From: a bacterium
Lineage (GTDB): Bacteria; SZUA-79; Acidulodesulfobacterales; Acidulodesulfobacteraceae
NCBI GenBank assembly: GCA_021811805.1
Contig: JAKAQA010000001.1
Coordinates: forward strand, 533 to 64,532
Direction of reading: 5' to 3'
Length of the DNA: 64,000 bases
The notes beneath the pieces were generated by a model, which was given only the letters and a program-made list of their open reading frames with translations, had not been told where the DNA came from and ran no database searches. The position numbers and the translations under genes are program-made. Below are positions 39,043-48,182 of the stretch, piece after piece. How positions within the stretch are numbered: position 1 is the first letter of the stretch; each line of letters starts with the position of its first letter.

Positions 39043-40179
39043 TTAAAGTTCCGATACTTCTTTAATTTTAGCATAAATCTGATCCGGCGTAATAGGTTCG
39101 CCGTTAACGATATTCAATCCGTAAATTTCAGCTCCACAGGCATTTCTCTGAACTTCTAAAATTACCTGCCCCATATTCATTTCCGGAACCAAAATTTTTT
39201 TTATTCTTTTTGAAAGTTTTGAAATTTGTTCTTCCGGGAACGGCCAGATAGTTATTGGTCTGAACATCCCTGCTTTAATGCCCGCGGCCCGCGCCATCGT
39301 TATAGCCTGTCTTGCCGACCTTGAAGTAGAGCCGTAAGCGACTATAAGAATATCGGCATCCCCCGTTTGAAATTCTTCGAATTTTTCGATGTCTTTAATA
39401 TTTTTATAAATTTTATCTATAAGCCAGTTTTCCGCATTTTGTATAACATCGGTTTTTTGGGAAGGGAATCCGGTTTCTCCGTGAATAAGACCGGTAACGT
39501 GATAACGGTATCCTTCGCCCATAGGGGCAAGCGGGGTTACCTTGCCCGAAGTAAAGTTATACGGGTTATATTTTTCCGGCGGTACGTCCGGAAGTTTAAC
39601 ATCTATTATCTCGACCTCGTTTTTATCGGGAATGACGACCTTTTCTCTCATATGTCCGATAATTTCGTCTGTTAAAATCATAACGGGCGTTCTGTATTTT
39701 ACGGCAAGATTGAATGCCCTTATAGTTTCGTAAAGAGATTCGTTTACGCCGGAAGGGGTAATTGCAATAATAGCGTGGTCGCCGTGAGTCCCCCATCTTG
39801 CCTGCATAATGTCGCTTTGAGCCGGAAGCGTCGGCAGTCCGGTAGAGGGTCCGCCCCTCATAACGTTAATAATTACGCACGGTATTTCGCACATAGAAGC
39901 ATAGCCGATATGTTCCAGTTTAAGAGATATTCCGGGTCCAGATGAAGCGGTAATAGCCTTTGCTCCACCGAGAGCGGCGCCGAGAACCGCACCCAATGCG
40001 GCAATTTCGTCTTCCATCTGGAGGAATACTTTTCCGATTTTAGGAAGTTTATTCGACAAAATTTCCGCTACTTCGGAAGAAGGCGTTATAGGGTATCCGG
40101 CAAAAAAATCGCATCCTGCTATAAGAGCCCCTTCGGCAATCGCTTCATTACCCTGCATTAATTTTATATTTTTACTCAT
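39043..40179 (-). CDS. oorA: 2-oxoglutarate:ferredoxin oxidoreductase alpha subunit
   Basis: 378 aa with MQGNEAIAEGALIAGCDFFAGYPITPSSE, typical of the 2-oxoacid:ferredoxin oxidoreductase alpha family. Confidence 0.85.
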   Translation of the reverse strand: MSKNIKLMQGNEAIAEGALIAGCDFFAGYPITPSSEVAEILSNKLPKIGKVFLQMEDEIAALGAVLGAALGGAKAITASSGPGISLKLEHIGYASMCEIPCVIINVMRGGPSTGLPTLPAQSDIMQARWGTHGDHAIIAITPSGVNESLYETIRAFNLAVKYRTPVMILTDEIIGHMREKVVIPDKNEVEIIDVKLPDVPPEKYNPYNFTSGKVTPLAPMGEGYRYHVTGLIHGETGFPSQKTDVIQNAENWLIDKIYKNIKDIEKFEEFQTGDADILIVAYGSTSRSARQAITMARAAGIKAGMFRPITIWPFPEEQISKLSKRIKKILVPEMNMGQVILEVQRNACGAEIYGLNIVNGEPITPDQIYAKIKEVSEL

Positions 40180-40209
40180 AGTTTTATAATTCCTCCGTTA
40201 TTAACTATT

Positions 40210-40536
40210 TTATTCTACGCTAATCGAAAAATCTGGACATAGATATTCACAAATATTGCATTTAGTGCATTTTGATATATCGACGACTTCGGCTACCTCT
40301 TTATTCATTATAAGCACGCCTTCAGGGCAAAATGCGACGCATATTTCGCATCCTTTGCAATAATTAATTATAATATCGATTTTAACGTCTTCCTTTTTAC
40401 CTTTTCCGGTAGCTTCTTTTATCGTAAGATTGTTTTTTGTCTTAATTTCGGTTTCTATGACTTCGCAAACCTTGTAGTTAGCCGGTGCAATATCAACCGC
40501 TGAATTATTTGAATTTTTATTTTCTTTTTCAGGCAC
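40210..40536 (-). CDS. oorD: 2-oxoacid:ferredoxin oxidoreductase delta subunit (2x4Fe-4S ferredoxin)
   Basis: 108 aa with two CxxCxxCxxxCP motifs (CKGCEICVAFCPE, CTKCNICEYLCPD). Confidence 0.85.
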   Translation of the reverse strand: MPEKENKNSNNSAVDIAPANYKVCEVIETEIKTKNNLTIKEATGKGKKEDVKIDIIINYCKGCEICVAFCPEGVLIMNKEVAEVVDISKCTKCNICEYLCPDFSISVE

Positions 40537-40580
40537 GTTAGCCTCCTGCTAAAATATTAAAATTAAAGTAAACGATATTT

Positions 40581-41456
40581 TTATAAGTTTAAAGCTTTTT
40601 TTGCAGTTTCCGCAATAACCGAAGGGTTATCGGCTATATGGATTCCGTTTTTTTCCATTGTTTTAAGTTTTTCCGACGCAGTTCCTTTCCCTCCAGATAT
40701 TATGGCTCCTGCGTGCCCCATTCGTTTGCCCGCAGGCGCAGTTTTGCCGGCTATAAATCCTATTACCGGTTTTTTCATATTGTTCTTAATAAATTCGGAT
40801 GCTTCTTCTTCAGCGGTTCCGCCGATTTCCCCTATCATGACTACGGCTTTTGTTTCGGGGTCGTCCTCGAACTTTTTTAAAAACGTTATAAAAGGAGAAC
40901 CTATTATCGGGTCGCCGCCTATACCTATGCAGGTAGTTTCTCCTAAACCGGCTTTGGTCAGCTGATTAACCGCTTCATACGTTAGCGTGCCGCTTCTCGA
41001 TAAGACCCCGACGCTCCCTTTTTTGTGAATAAACCCGGGCATTATGCCTATTTTACATTCATCAGCGGTAATAATTCCGGGACAGTTAGGACCTATCATA
41101 ATAGAGTTTGAGCAATTAAGGGCCGCCTTGACGTTAAGCATATCCATAACCGGTATTCCTTCCGTGATACATACTATTAAAGGAATTTCGGCTTCTACGG
41201 CTTCGATGACGCTTGCCGCCGCAAAACTTGCGGGAACGAATATCATTGTGGCGTCTATCCTGCGTTCCTTTTTTGCCTCTTTTATCGTATTGTAAACAGG
41301 AACGGAATCGTTAAATAACGTTTTGCCTTTAAAAGGCGTTACGCCCGCCACGACTTTAGTGTCGTATTCGATGCACTTTTGGGTATGAAACGAACCTTCT
41401 TTTCCGGTTATTCCCTGAACAAGAACGTTGGTATTTTTATTTACGAGAATACTCAT
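40581..41456 (-). CDS. sucD: Succinyl-CoA synthetase alpha subunit
   Basis: 291 aa with SRSGTLTYE and the phosphohistidine loop GHAGAII. Confidence 0.95.
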   Translation of the reverse strand: MSILVNKNTNVLVQGITGKEGSFHTQKCIEYDTKVVAGVTPFKGKTLFNDSVPVYNTIKEAKKERRIDATMIFVPASFAAASVIEAVEAEIPLIVCITEGIPVMDMLNVKAALNCSNSIMIGPNCPGIITADECKIGIMPGFIHKKGSVGVLSRSGTLTYEAVNQLTKAGLGETTCIGIGGDPIIGSPFITFLKKFEDDPETKAVVMIGEIGGTAEEEASEFIKNNMKKPVIGFIAGKTAPAGKRMGHAGAIISGGKGTASEKLKTMEKNGIHIADNPSVIAETAKKALNL

Positions 41457-41481
41457 AAAATTAATCCTTTAATAAATTAAA

Positions 41482-42645
41482 TTAGCCGTTAACGATTTTT
41501 GAAATCTTTTGCGCTCCGTCTGCAAGACTGTTTGCAGAAACGAAATTCATCCCGGAATTTTCGATTATTTTAGCGGCTATATCGGCGTTGGTGCCTTCAA
41601 GCCTTACGACCACGGGAAGTTTTAATCCGATATTTTTTGCCGCCGATACTACGCCTTCCGCTACCATATCGCATTTAACTATTCCGCCGAAAATATTTAT
41701 GAATATTCCTTTTACGTTTTTGTCCGACAAAAGAATGTTGAATGCCGTTTCTACCCTTTTACTGTCGGCAGTTCCTCCGACGTCTAAAAAGTTTGCCGGA
41801 GTCGCGCCGAACTCTTTGATAGTATCCATAGTAGCCATTGCAAGACCGGCTCCGTTTACCATGCACCCGACGTTTCCGTCCAGCTTGATATAATTTAAAC
41901 CTACGCTTTTGGCTTGCACTTCAAGCGGTTCCTCTTCGTTTTCGTCGATTAAATCTTTAAAGGCGGGATGCCTGAAATCCGCATTATCGTCTAAAATTAT
42001 TTTTGCGTCAAGCGGTATAAATTCGCCGGAACCGGTCAGTATTAAAGGGTTAATTTCCAGCATCGACATATCTTCGCCCATAAAAGCGCCGTATAAAAGA
42101 TTGATAAGTTTGGAGAATCCGCCGTGAAGATTTTTATCTATTCCTAAGAATAAAGATATTTCAAGTATATGGTAGGGTTTTAATCCGTATAAAGGATTAA
42201 TCGAAACAGTCAAAATTTTTTCGGGATTGTTTTTGGAAACTTCCTCTATTTCCATTCCGCCCTCGGCACTGACAACAAAGGCTATTCCCGCATTTTTCCT
42301 GTCTATCGTAAGGGATAAATAAAATTCTTTTATTATTTCGGCACCTTCTTCAACCAAAACCTTTCTAACCGTCTTGCCTTCTTTTCCCGTCTGGGCAGTG
42401 ACCAAATTCATTCCGAGCATTTTTTCGGCTATAGATTTAGCTTCATCCGCCGATTTGGCAATTTTAACTCCGCCTCCCTTACCTCTGCCGCCGGCATGAA
42501 CCTGAGCCTTTACGACGGCTACCGTAGAAAGCAAGCTTTTATAAGCATCGTAAACTTCTTCCGGTTTATGGCATAAAATAGACCGCAGAGTTTTTACCCC
42601 GCGTTTGCTTAAAAGTTCTTTAGCCTGGTATTCGTGAATATCCAT
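41482..42645 (-). CDS. sucC: Succinyl-CoA synthetase beta subunit
   Basis: 387 aa with MDIHEYQAKELL and an ATP-grasp domain, immediately upstream of sucD. Confidence 0.95.
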   Translation of the reverse strand: MDIHEYQAKELLSKRGVKTLRSILCHKPEEVYDAYKSLLSTVAVVKAQVHAGGRGKGGGVKIAKSADEAKSIAEKMLGMNLVTAQTGKEGKTVRKVLVEEGAEIIKEFYLSLTIDRKNAGIAFVVSAEGGMEIEEVSKNNPEKILTVSINPLYGLKPYHILEISLFLGIDKNLHGGFSKLINLLYGAFMGEDMSMLEINPLILTGSGEFIPLDAKIILDDNADFRHPAFKDLIDENEEEPLEVQAKSVGLNYIKLDGNVGCMVNGAGLAMATMDTIKEFGATPANFLDVGGTADSKRVETAFNILLSDKNVKGIFINIFGGIVKCDMVAEGVVSAAKNIGLKLPVVVRLEGTNADIAAKIIENSGMNFVSANSLADGAQKISKIVNG

Positions 42646-42666
42646 AACAGTTCCCGTTTTATTGTA

Positions 42667-43230
42667 TTACTTATTATATTTGTTTTCGTATTTTTGCCTT
42701 CCTTCTTCGTAAAGGTCGCCGCCGTAAACGTCGTTAACGACGATAGCCGGAAAATCTTCTACGGTAAGCCGGCGGACAGCTTCGGAAAGAAGGTCGTCGT
42801 ATGCGATTACCATGCTTGATTTAATGGCTTTCGATATTAACGCTCCCGCCCCGCCTATCGCTCCAAAATATACGGCTTTATATTTTTTAATAGCCTCTTT
42901 TACTTCAGCGGACCTTTTACCTTTTCCTATCATGCCTTTTAAGCCGTTTTTTATAAGAATAGGCGCATATTTATCCATTCTATAACTTGTTGTTGGACCT
43001 GCCGAGCCGATAACCTCCCCTGGTTTTTCCGGAGTAGGCCCGACGTAATAAATAATCTGTCCTTGAAGATTAAAAGGCAGAGGTTTATTATCTTCTATCA
43101 GTTTAACCAACCTGAAGTGCGCCTGGTCCCTTGCGGTATATATTGTTCCGCTGATTAAAACTTCATCGCCGGTTTTAAGTTTTAATATAATATCATCCGA
43201 TAGCGGGGCAGTTATTTTTATTTTGTCCAT
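42667..43230 (-). CDS. Class I (Fe-S) fumarate hydratase, beta (C-terminal domain) subunit
   Basis: 187 aa with GTIYTARDQAHFRL and GKGKRS. It pairs with the alpha-subunit gene 4 nt upstream. The L-tartrate dehydratase family cannot be excluded from sequence alone. Confidence 0.8.
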   Translation of the reverse strand: MDKIKITAPLSDDIILKLKTGDEVLISGTIYTARDQAHFRLVKLIEDNKPLPFNLQGQIIYYVGPTPEKPGEVIGSAGPTTSYRMDKYAPILIKNGLKGMIGKGKRSAEVKEAIKKYKAVYFGAIGGAGALISKAIKSSMVIAYDDLLSEAVRRLTVEDFPAIVVNDVYGGDLYEEGRQKYENKYNK

Positions 43231-43234
43231 GGTA

Positions 43235-44074
43235 TTATATCGTAATTTCGGAATGCCTGTGCGAATGGCATTCGATATTAACCGCTACTGGAAAACTGGC
43301 AATATGGCACGGTTCTTTAATTATGTGAACCCCGAGAACGGTGCAGATTCCGCCGAAACCCATCGGACCGGTGCCTATATTATTTACTTTTTCAAAGATA
43401 ATACTTTCCATTTCGGCTAATTCGGGGTCGCCGTTTTTTACTCCCAATTTTCTAAAAAGAGCTTTTTTCGCAATAATGGCAGACCTTTCAAAATTGCCTC
43501 CTATACCGACGCCTACGATATTCGGGGGGCATGGGTTGGGTCCTGCTTCACGCATTGTTTCGACGACAAAATCTATGACCCCGTCTTTTCCGTCGGAAGG
43601 GCGCATCATTTTTAATCTGCTCATATTTTCGCTGCCGCCGCCCTTTGCCGCATACATTATCTTAATTTTGTCTCCATCCGTAAATTCATAATGTATTATA
43701 GCGGGAGTATTGTTGCCGATATTTTTTCTTGAAAGCGGGTCGCAGGTCGATTTTCTTAAAAAGCCTTCCGCATAACCCGTTCTTGTTCCGTCGTTTATTG
43801 CATCGGTTAAATTTTTACCGCCGACCGCAACGTCTTTTCCGACCTCGACAAAAAACACTGCAAGTCCGGTATCTTGACATAGAGGCTTTAATTCGGTTTT
43901 CGCAACCTCGGCATTTAACAATATTTGACTTAGAACTGTTTTTCCCGAACCTGAAATCTCTTTTTCAAAAGCCTGTTTTAGACTTTTATAAGTGTCCTCA
44001 GGCAAGTTAACGCTTGAATTAATTATTAAATTTTTAACGGCGTTTGAAATTTCTTCGGATGCTATAACCCTCAT
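43235..44074 (-). CDS. Class I (Fe-S) fumarate hydratase, alpha (N-terminal domain) subunit
   Basis: 279 aa with PLCQDTGLAVFFVEVG and AKGGGSEN. Confidence 0.8.
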   Translation of the reverse strand: MRVIASEEISNAVKNLIINSSVNLPEDTYKSLKQAFEKEISGSGKTVLSQILLNAEVAKTELKPLCQDTGLAVFFVEVGKDVAVGGKNLTDAINDGTRTGYAEGFLRKSTCDPLSRKNIGNNTPAIIHYEFTDGDKIKIMYAAKGGGSENMSRLKMMRPSDGKDGVIDFVVETMREAGPNPCPPNIVGVGIGGNFERSAIIAKKALFRKLGVKNGDPELAEMESIIFEKVNNIGTGPMGFGGICTVLGVHIIKEPCHIASFPVAVNIECHSHRHSEITI

Positions 44075-44114
44075 CTGTAATGTATTCTATGTTAAGTTTT
44101 TATATGTTATAGAT

Positions 44115-44142
44115 ATTTTACATATTTATAAAATAAATTCAA
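44115..44142 (-). promoter_or_regulatory. Candidate promoter TTGAAT-16-TAAAAT for the fumarase-sucCD-oor cluster
   Basis: On the minus strand the -35 is at 44142-44137 and the -10 at 44120-44115, about 40 nt upstream of ATG 44074. Confidence 0.35.
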
Positions 44143-44160
44143 GCAAAAAATAAACCGTGA

Positions 44161-45102
44161 TTATAAATTTTTATGAATGCAAAAACCGTCAGCCATACTG
44201 CAAACAGCTAATTCCGGCTGAATCACAACATGGTTTATGTTAAATTTTTCAGCGAGGATTTCCTGAATATTATTTATAATACAACATATATCGGATGATT
44301 TAACCGCTGTTTCTTCTACAAGAATATGTGCGCTTAACAGTTTAAAAGATTTTGACATGCTCCATATGTGAAGGTCGTGGACGTTTTTTACGCCGGGCGT
44401 TTTAAGTATTTCGTCCTTTACCGAAGTAAAATCGATTTCTTTCGGGACGCCTTCCAGCAGTATGTTTATCGTTTCGTTTATTACGGAAAATGCCCCTATC
44501 GCGATAAGAGGCGATATTATTAAGCCGATGACCGGGTCTATATAATAAATTCCCGTGAAATATATAATTATTCCGCCCGCTATAATAGAAACAGAAACTA
44601 AAGAGTCGCCAAGTATATGGAAAAAGGAGCTTTTAAGATTTAAATTATGTTCGATGCCTTTGTGAATTTTTATGCCTATGACGGCGTTTATTAAAAGGCT
44701 TATAAACGGGAAAATAACCATAATGCCGGAATTAATTTTTTCGGGATGCACAAGCCTTAGATAACTTTCATAAATCAATATGAAAGACAATATAAGAAGC
44801 AAAAGCGAATTTAAGAGCGCGGCGAGTATTCCAATCCTGTGGTAGCCGTAAGTATTTTTTTCCGAAGGACTTTTTCTAACCTGAGTTTGCGCGAACCACG
44901 CCAAAAGAAGCGAGGACGCATCGACTAAAACATGTCCTGATTCCGAATACAGAGCCATGCTTTTTGATATTAAAGCTCCGCTAAATTCAATAATCAGTAT
45001 AACGAGAGTAAGCAAAAAAGCGAATTTTAAGCTCTTTTCGGTTTTAAAAGATTCGCCGTTTAAATTTAACGGGCGGTCATGGGAATGAGTATGATGTTCC
45101 AT
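44161..45102 (-). CDS. Cation diffusion facilitator family metal exporter (CzcD/ZitB-like)
   Basis: 313 aa with a His-rich N-terminus (MEHHTHSHD), the metal-site motifs HVLVD and HILGD, and a C-terminal cytoplasmic domain. Confidence 0.85.
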   Translation of the reverse strand: MEHHTHSHDRPLNLNGESFKTEKSLKFAFLLTLVILIIEFSGALISKSMALYSESGHVLVDASSLLLAWFAQTQVRKSPSEKNTYGYHRIGILAALLNSLLLLILSFILIYESYLRLVHPEKINSGIMVIFPFISLLINAVIGIKIHKGIEHNLNLKSSFFHILGDSLVSVSIIAGGIIIYFTGIYYIDPVIGLIISPLIAIGAFSVINETINILLEGVPKEIDFTSVKDEILKTPGVKNVHDLHIWSMSKSFKLLSAHILVEETAVKSSDICCIINNIQEILAEKFNINHVVIQPELAVCSMADGFCIHKNL

Positions 45103-45154
45103 ATTAAGAAAATTATAGCATATTGCGTTATTATTTTGAAATCAAATTAATTGC

Positions 45155-45329
45155 CCCAAATCCCGATTTAGAAAATATTTATAAGTTCTAATACTAAATA
45201 ACGCTGGATTCCCGCTTTCGCGGGAATGACACCCGTTGGGTGAAATCTTAAATTCCGGAATTGTCATTCCTGCGTAGGCAGGAATCCAGAAAATAAATTT
45301 CTAAATCGGGATTTGGGTCGGGATTGGGG
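45155..45329. mobile_element. MITE-like palindromic element, copy B (GTCATTCC-GCGGGAATCC type hairpin cargo)
   Basis: Same terminal repeats as copy A. The right tip is duplicated (AATCGGGATTTGGG TCGGGATTGGGG). ATTGC flanks both sides (45150-45154 and 45330-45334). Confidence 0.7.
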
Positions 45330-45330
45330 A

Positions 45331-45359
45331 TTGCCTAAAATGTTGAAATTCTGTAGAAT
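45331..45359 (+). promoter_or_regulatory. Candidate promoter TTGCCT-17-TAGAAT for the MFS gene, beginning in the MITE B target duplication
   Basis: The -35 is at 45331-45336 and the -10 at 45354-45359. The -10 ends 9 nt before ATG 45369 and no SD is present. Confidence 0.35.
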
Positions 45360-45368
45360 GTTAGGACA

Positions 45369-46583
45369 ATGGAAAAAAAAGAAAAAGAAACGGTCGCGCT
45401 TTTAAGTTTGTCCCATTTTTTTTGCCATGTAGCAATACTAACGTATCCCGCAATTTTAATACTTATTAAAGATAGATTTCATGTTGATTACGAAACGCTG
45501 GGAACGGTTGCGGGTATTTATCTTTTTTTATTCGGCGCAGGCTCTCTCCCCGTCGGTTTTATTGCCGATAAAATCAAAAAGAAACATATTTTAAGGATTT
45601 ATCTAGCCGGTATGTCGCTTTTTTCTTTCGCCGCGTCGGCATCGGCAAATTTTTACGCTTTTTCCTTATCCATAATTTTTATGGGGCTTATCGGAAGTAT
45701 TTATCATCCGGTAGGTTTAAGCATGATGTCGTTTATCGGAAGCGATAAATTAAGGGCGTTTGCGATTCACGGCATAGCTGGAACCCTCGGCGTTGCTTTG
45801 AGCGCGGGTTTTGCCGGAATATTAGGCTATTTTTTAGGATATAATTTTCCTTATTTAATCCTCGGCATTATATTCCTGTCGCTGTTTGTTTTGTCCTATA
45901 TATTTAAATTGCAAATCGATACCGGAGATACCGCGGCATCCGCCGTAAAGGACCAAGCAAAAGAAAAGCCTGCTTCGGCAAGCGCCTTTAGCGGTTTTAT
46001 AAAAGAATTTTTTCACTTAAATCTCGTCTTAATTTTTATTGCCGAGTTTATGAACGGATTTGTTTTTCAGGGGGTATTTTCATTTTTGCCGGCCTACGTC
46101 GGTACGGAACTGAAAAATTATATATTTTTTCATAATCAAGCCGCCGCGGCAGGCGGGTTTTTTGTTACTATAGCTCTTATGGTCGGAGTATTTTTTCAGT
46201 ATAACAGCACAAGGATTACAAAAAATTATAAGTCGAACAGGGCTTTCGCTTTTTTGGTGCTTGCGAGCGGAATATTTCTTTTGATATCCGGTTTTACGCA
46301 TAATATTTTACTTTTTATTTCCGTTCTTGCATTTTCGGCTTTCAATTTTTCCATAAACCCGATTTCAAATCTGATGATAAGCCAGAACGCCCATGAAAAA
46401 TACAGGGCTACCGCTTACGGCGTTTTTTTCTTTTCGGGTTTCGGCATAGGTTCCGTTGCCGCCCCAATAGGAGGTATAATTGCCCAGAAATTTGCGCTTC
46501 ATTGGATATTTGTAATGTTCGGTCTGGTATTACTGGCGTCTTTTGCAATATCTTCCGCAATTAAAGAAGGTAAATATAGATAA
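45369..46583 (+). CDS. MFS transporter
   Basis: 404 aa with about 12 predicted TM segments in two halves separated by a hydrophilic loop (DTGDTAASAVKDQAKEKPASASA). Confidence 0.75.
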   Translation: MEKKEKETVALLSLSHFFCHVAILTYPAILILIKDRFHVDYETLGTVAGIYLFLFGAGSLPVGFIADKIKKKHILRIYLAGMSLFSFAASASANFYAFSLSIIFMGLIGSIYHPVGLSMMSFIGSDKLRAFAIHGIAGTLGVALSAGFAGILGYFLGYNFPYLILGIIFLSLFVLSYIFKLQIDTGDTAASAVKDQAKEKPASASAFSGFIKEFFHLNLVLIFIAEFMNGFVFQGVFSFLPAYVGTELKNYIFFHNQAAAAGGFFVTIALMVGVFFQYNSTRITKNYKSNRAFAFLVLASGIFLLISGFTHNILLFISVLAFSAFNFSINPISNLMISQNAHEKYRATAYGVFFFSGFGIGSVAAPIGGIIAQKFALHWIFVMFGLVLLASFAISSAIKEGKYR

Positions 46584-46653
46584 AGGTGTAATTTCATATT
46601 TGCGTTCTATTGTTATATAATATATTTAAGTTAAGCAATAATAAGGAGGCAGT

Positions 46654-47508
46654 ATGGCGTCAAAGAAAACAGCGGTAGGCTTTATAGGTGCAGGCAATAT
46701 GGCTTACGGACTTATTAAGGGCATGACAGGCGTAAACCGTGCCGATATAAAAATTTTTATTTACGATGCCGACCCTTCGAGAGCCGATTTCGTAAGAGAT
46801 ACTTTAGGAGTAAATTCGCTTAACAGCATAGGAGAGGTCATCGAAAACTGCGGTATAGTCTTTATCGCGGTTAAACCTTATTCTGTGGAAAGCGTGCTTG
46901 AAGTTGCCGCCGGAGTGTTAAATAATATTAAAAATCATAAGAACATTCCGCTGTTTATTTCTATTGCGGGGGGCGTTAAGGTCGGTTTTATGGAAGAAGT
47001 TTTAAACAAAATACTTAAAAACAAGCTTCCGTTAAAAATATTTAGAGTTATGCCTAATATAAATTCTTTAGCGGGAAAAGGGATGAGTGCAATGTGCTAT
47101 AATAGCAATGTTTCTCAAAAAGATATAGAAACCGCTTCGGAAATATTAGAAATGTCCTCCATAGTTTTAAATATGGACGAAAAATATTTTGATGCCGTAA
47201 CCGCTTTAAGCGGGAGCGGTCCAGCCTATATTTTCTTAATTGCGGAAGGGCTTATAGAAGCCGGCGTAAAGCTGGGTCTTCCTCGGGAAACCGCAAGAGC
47301 ATTAACCGTTCAGACGATTCTGGGCTCTGCCGAACTGTTAAACAGCCCTGAATTTTCTAAAACATCGACAAAAGACCTTAAAGACATGGTGACTTCACCG
47401 GGTGGAACGACGGCGTACGGACTTGCAAAATTAGAAGAAGGGAGAATTAAGCATATTCTTGATTCAGCGGTAAACGCCGCATATTTAAGGGCAAAAGGAC
47501 TAGTTTAA
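46654..47508 (+). CDS. proC: Pyrroline-5-carboxylate reductase
   Basis: 284 aa with VGFIGAGNMA, SGSGPAYIF and VTSPGGTT. A strong AAGGAGG SD precedes the start. Confidence 0.93.
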   Translation: MASKKTAVGFIGAGNMAYGLIKGMTGVNRADIKIFIYDADPSRADFVRDTLGVNSLNSIGEVIENCGIVFIAVKPYSVESVLEVAAGVLNNIKNHKNIPLFISIAGGVKVGFMEEVLNKILKNKLPLKIFRVMPNINSLAGKGMSAMCYNSNVSQKDIETASEILEMSSIVLNMDEKYFDAVTALSGSGPAYIFLIAEGLIEAGVKLGLPRETARALTVQTILGSAELLNSPEFSKTSTKDLKDMVTSPGGTTAYGLAKLEEGRIKHILDSAVNAAYLRAKGLV

Positions 47509-47527
47509 GCAGTACCTGCTTAATAAC

Positions 47528-47584
47528 TTTTTTTGTCATTGCGAGCGCAGCGGACGGACGAAGTCCAGCGCAGCTAACCAATCT
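47528..47584. repeat. Solo fragment of the copy-A hairpin module, flanked by a 38-bp direct duplication
   Basis: GTCATTGCGAGCGCAGCGGACGGACGAAGTCCAGCGCAGCTAACCAATCT matches the reverse complement of 13280-13340 apart from a 3-4-nt insertion. Direct repeats at 47490-47527 and 47585-47622 are 35/38 identical. Confidence 0.7.
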
Positions 47585-47594
47585 GGCAAAAGGA

Positions 47595-48182
47595 CTATTT
47601 TAAGCCGTACTTGCTTAATAACGGAAAAAGTTTTTGAACCGGCAATCCCAATACGTTTTCGAACGAGCCTTCGTATGATTCGACGATGCCTTTTTCATCC
47701 TGAATTCCGTAGCTTCCGGCTTTATCGAACGGAGGATACCCCGACAGATAGTCGGTTATTTCCTTATCGTTCAGCAGCTTTATTTTAACGGCGGTTTTAT
47801 CGTAATCCGCTCTATAAATATTTTTAGATTTATTAATTAAGCTTATCCCCGTGTAAACTATATGTATTTTGCCGGAAAGTTCTTTTAGCATATTAAAAGC
47901 ATCGCTTAAGTCTTTTGGTTTTCCGTAAACCGTTCCGTTCATATATATAAGGGTATCCGAGCCTATTATCCAGTTTTCGGGATAGTCGTCCTGCAGGCTT
48001 TCTGCCTTCGTTAAAGCTAAATTTTGGACAAAATCGCCGATTGAAACCGGCGTATTTCCTTTAGATTCCTCAAACCGCGGTTCGCTTTCAAGTTTATGGT
48101 TTGCGGCAATAAAATTTATGCCCGATTTTTTTAATAAGTATATCCTTCTTTCCGAAGACGATGCCAGTATAAGCGGTATCAT
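47595..48182 (-). CDS. maf: Maf-like nucleoside triphosphate pyrophosphatase
   Basis: 195 aa with LILASSSERR and GKAGSYGIQ-like DKAGSYGIQD. Confidence 0.9.
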   Translation of the reverse strand: MIPLILASSSERRIYLLKKSGINFIAANHKLESEPRFEESKGNTPVSIGDFVQNLALTKAESLQDDYPENWIIGSDTLIYMNGTVYGKPKDLSDAFNMLKELSGKIHIVYTGISLINKSKNIYRADYDKTAVKIKLLNDKEITDYLSGYPPFDKAGSYGIQDEKGIVESYEGSFENVLGLPVQKLFPLLSKYGLK

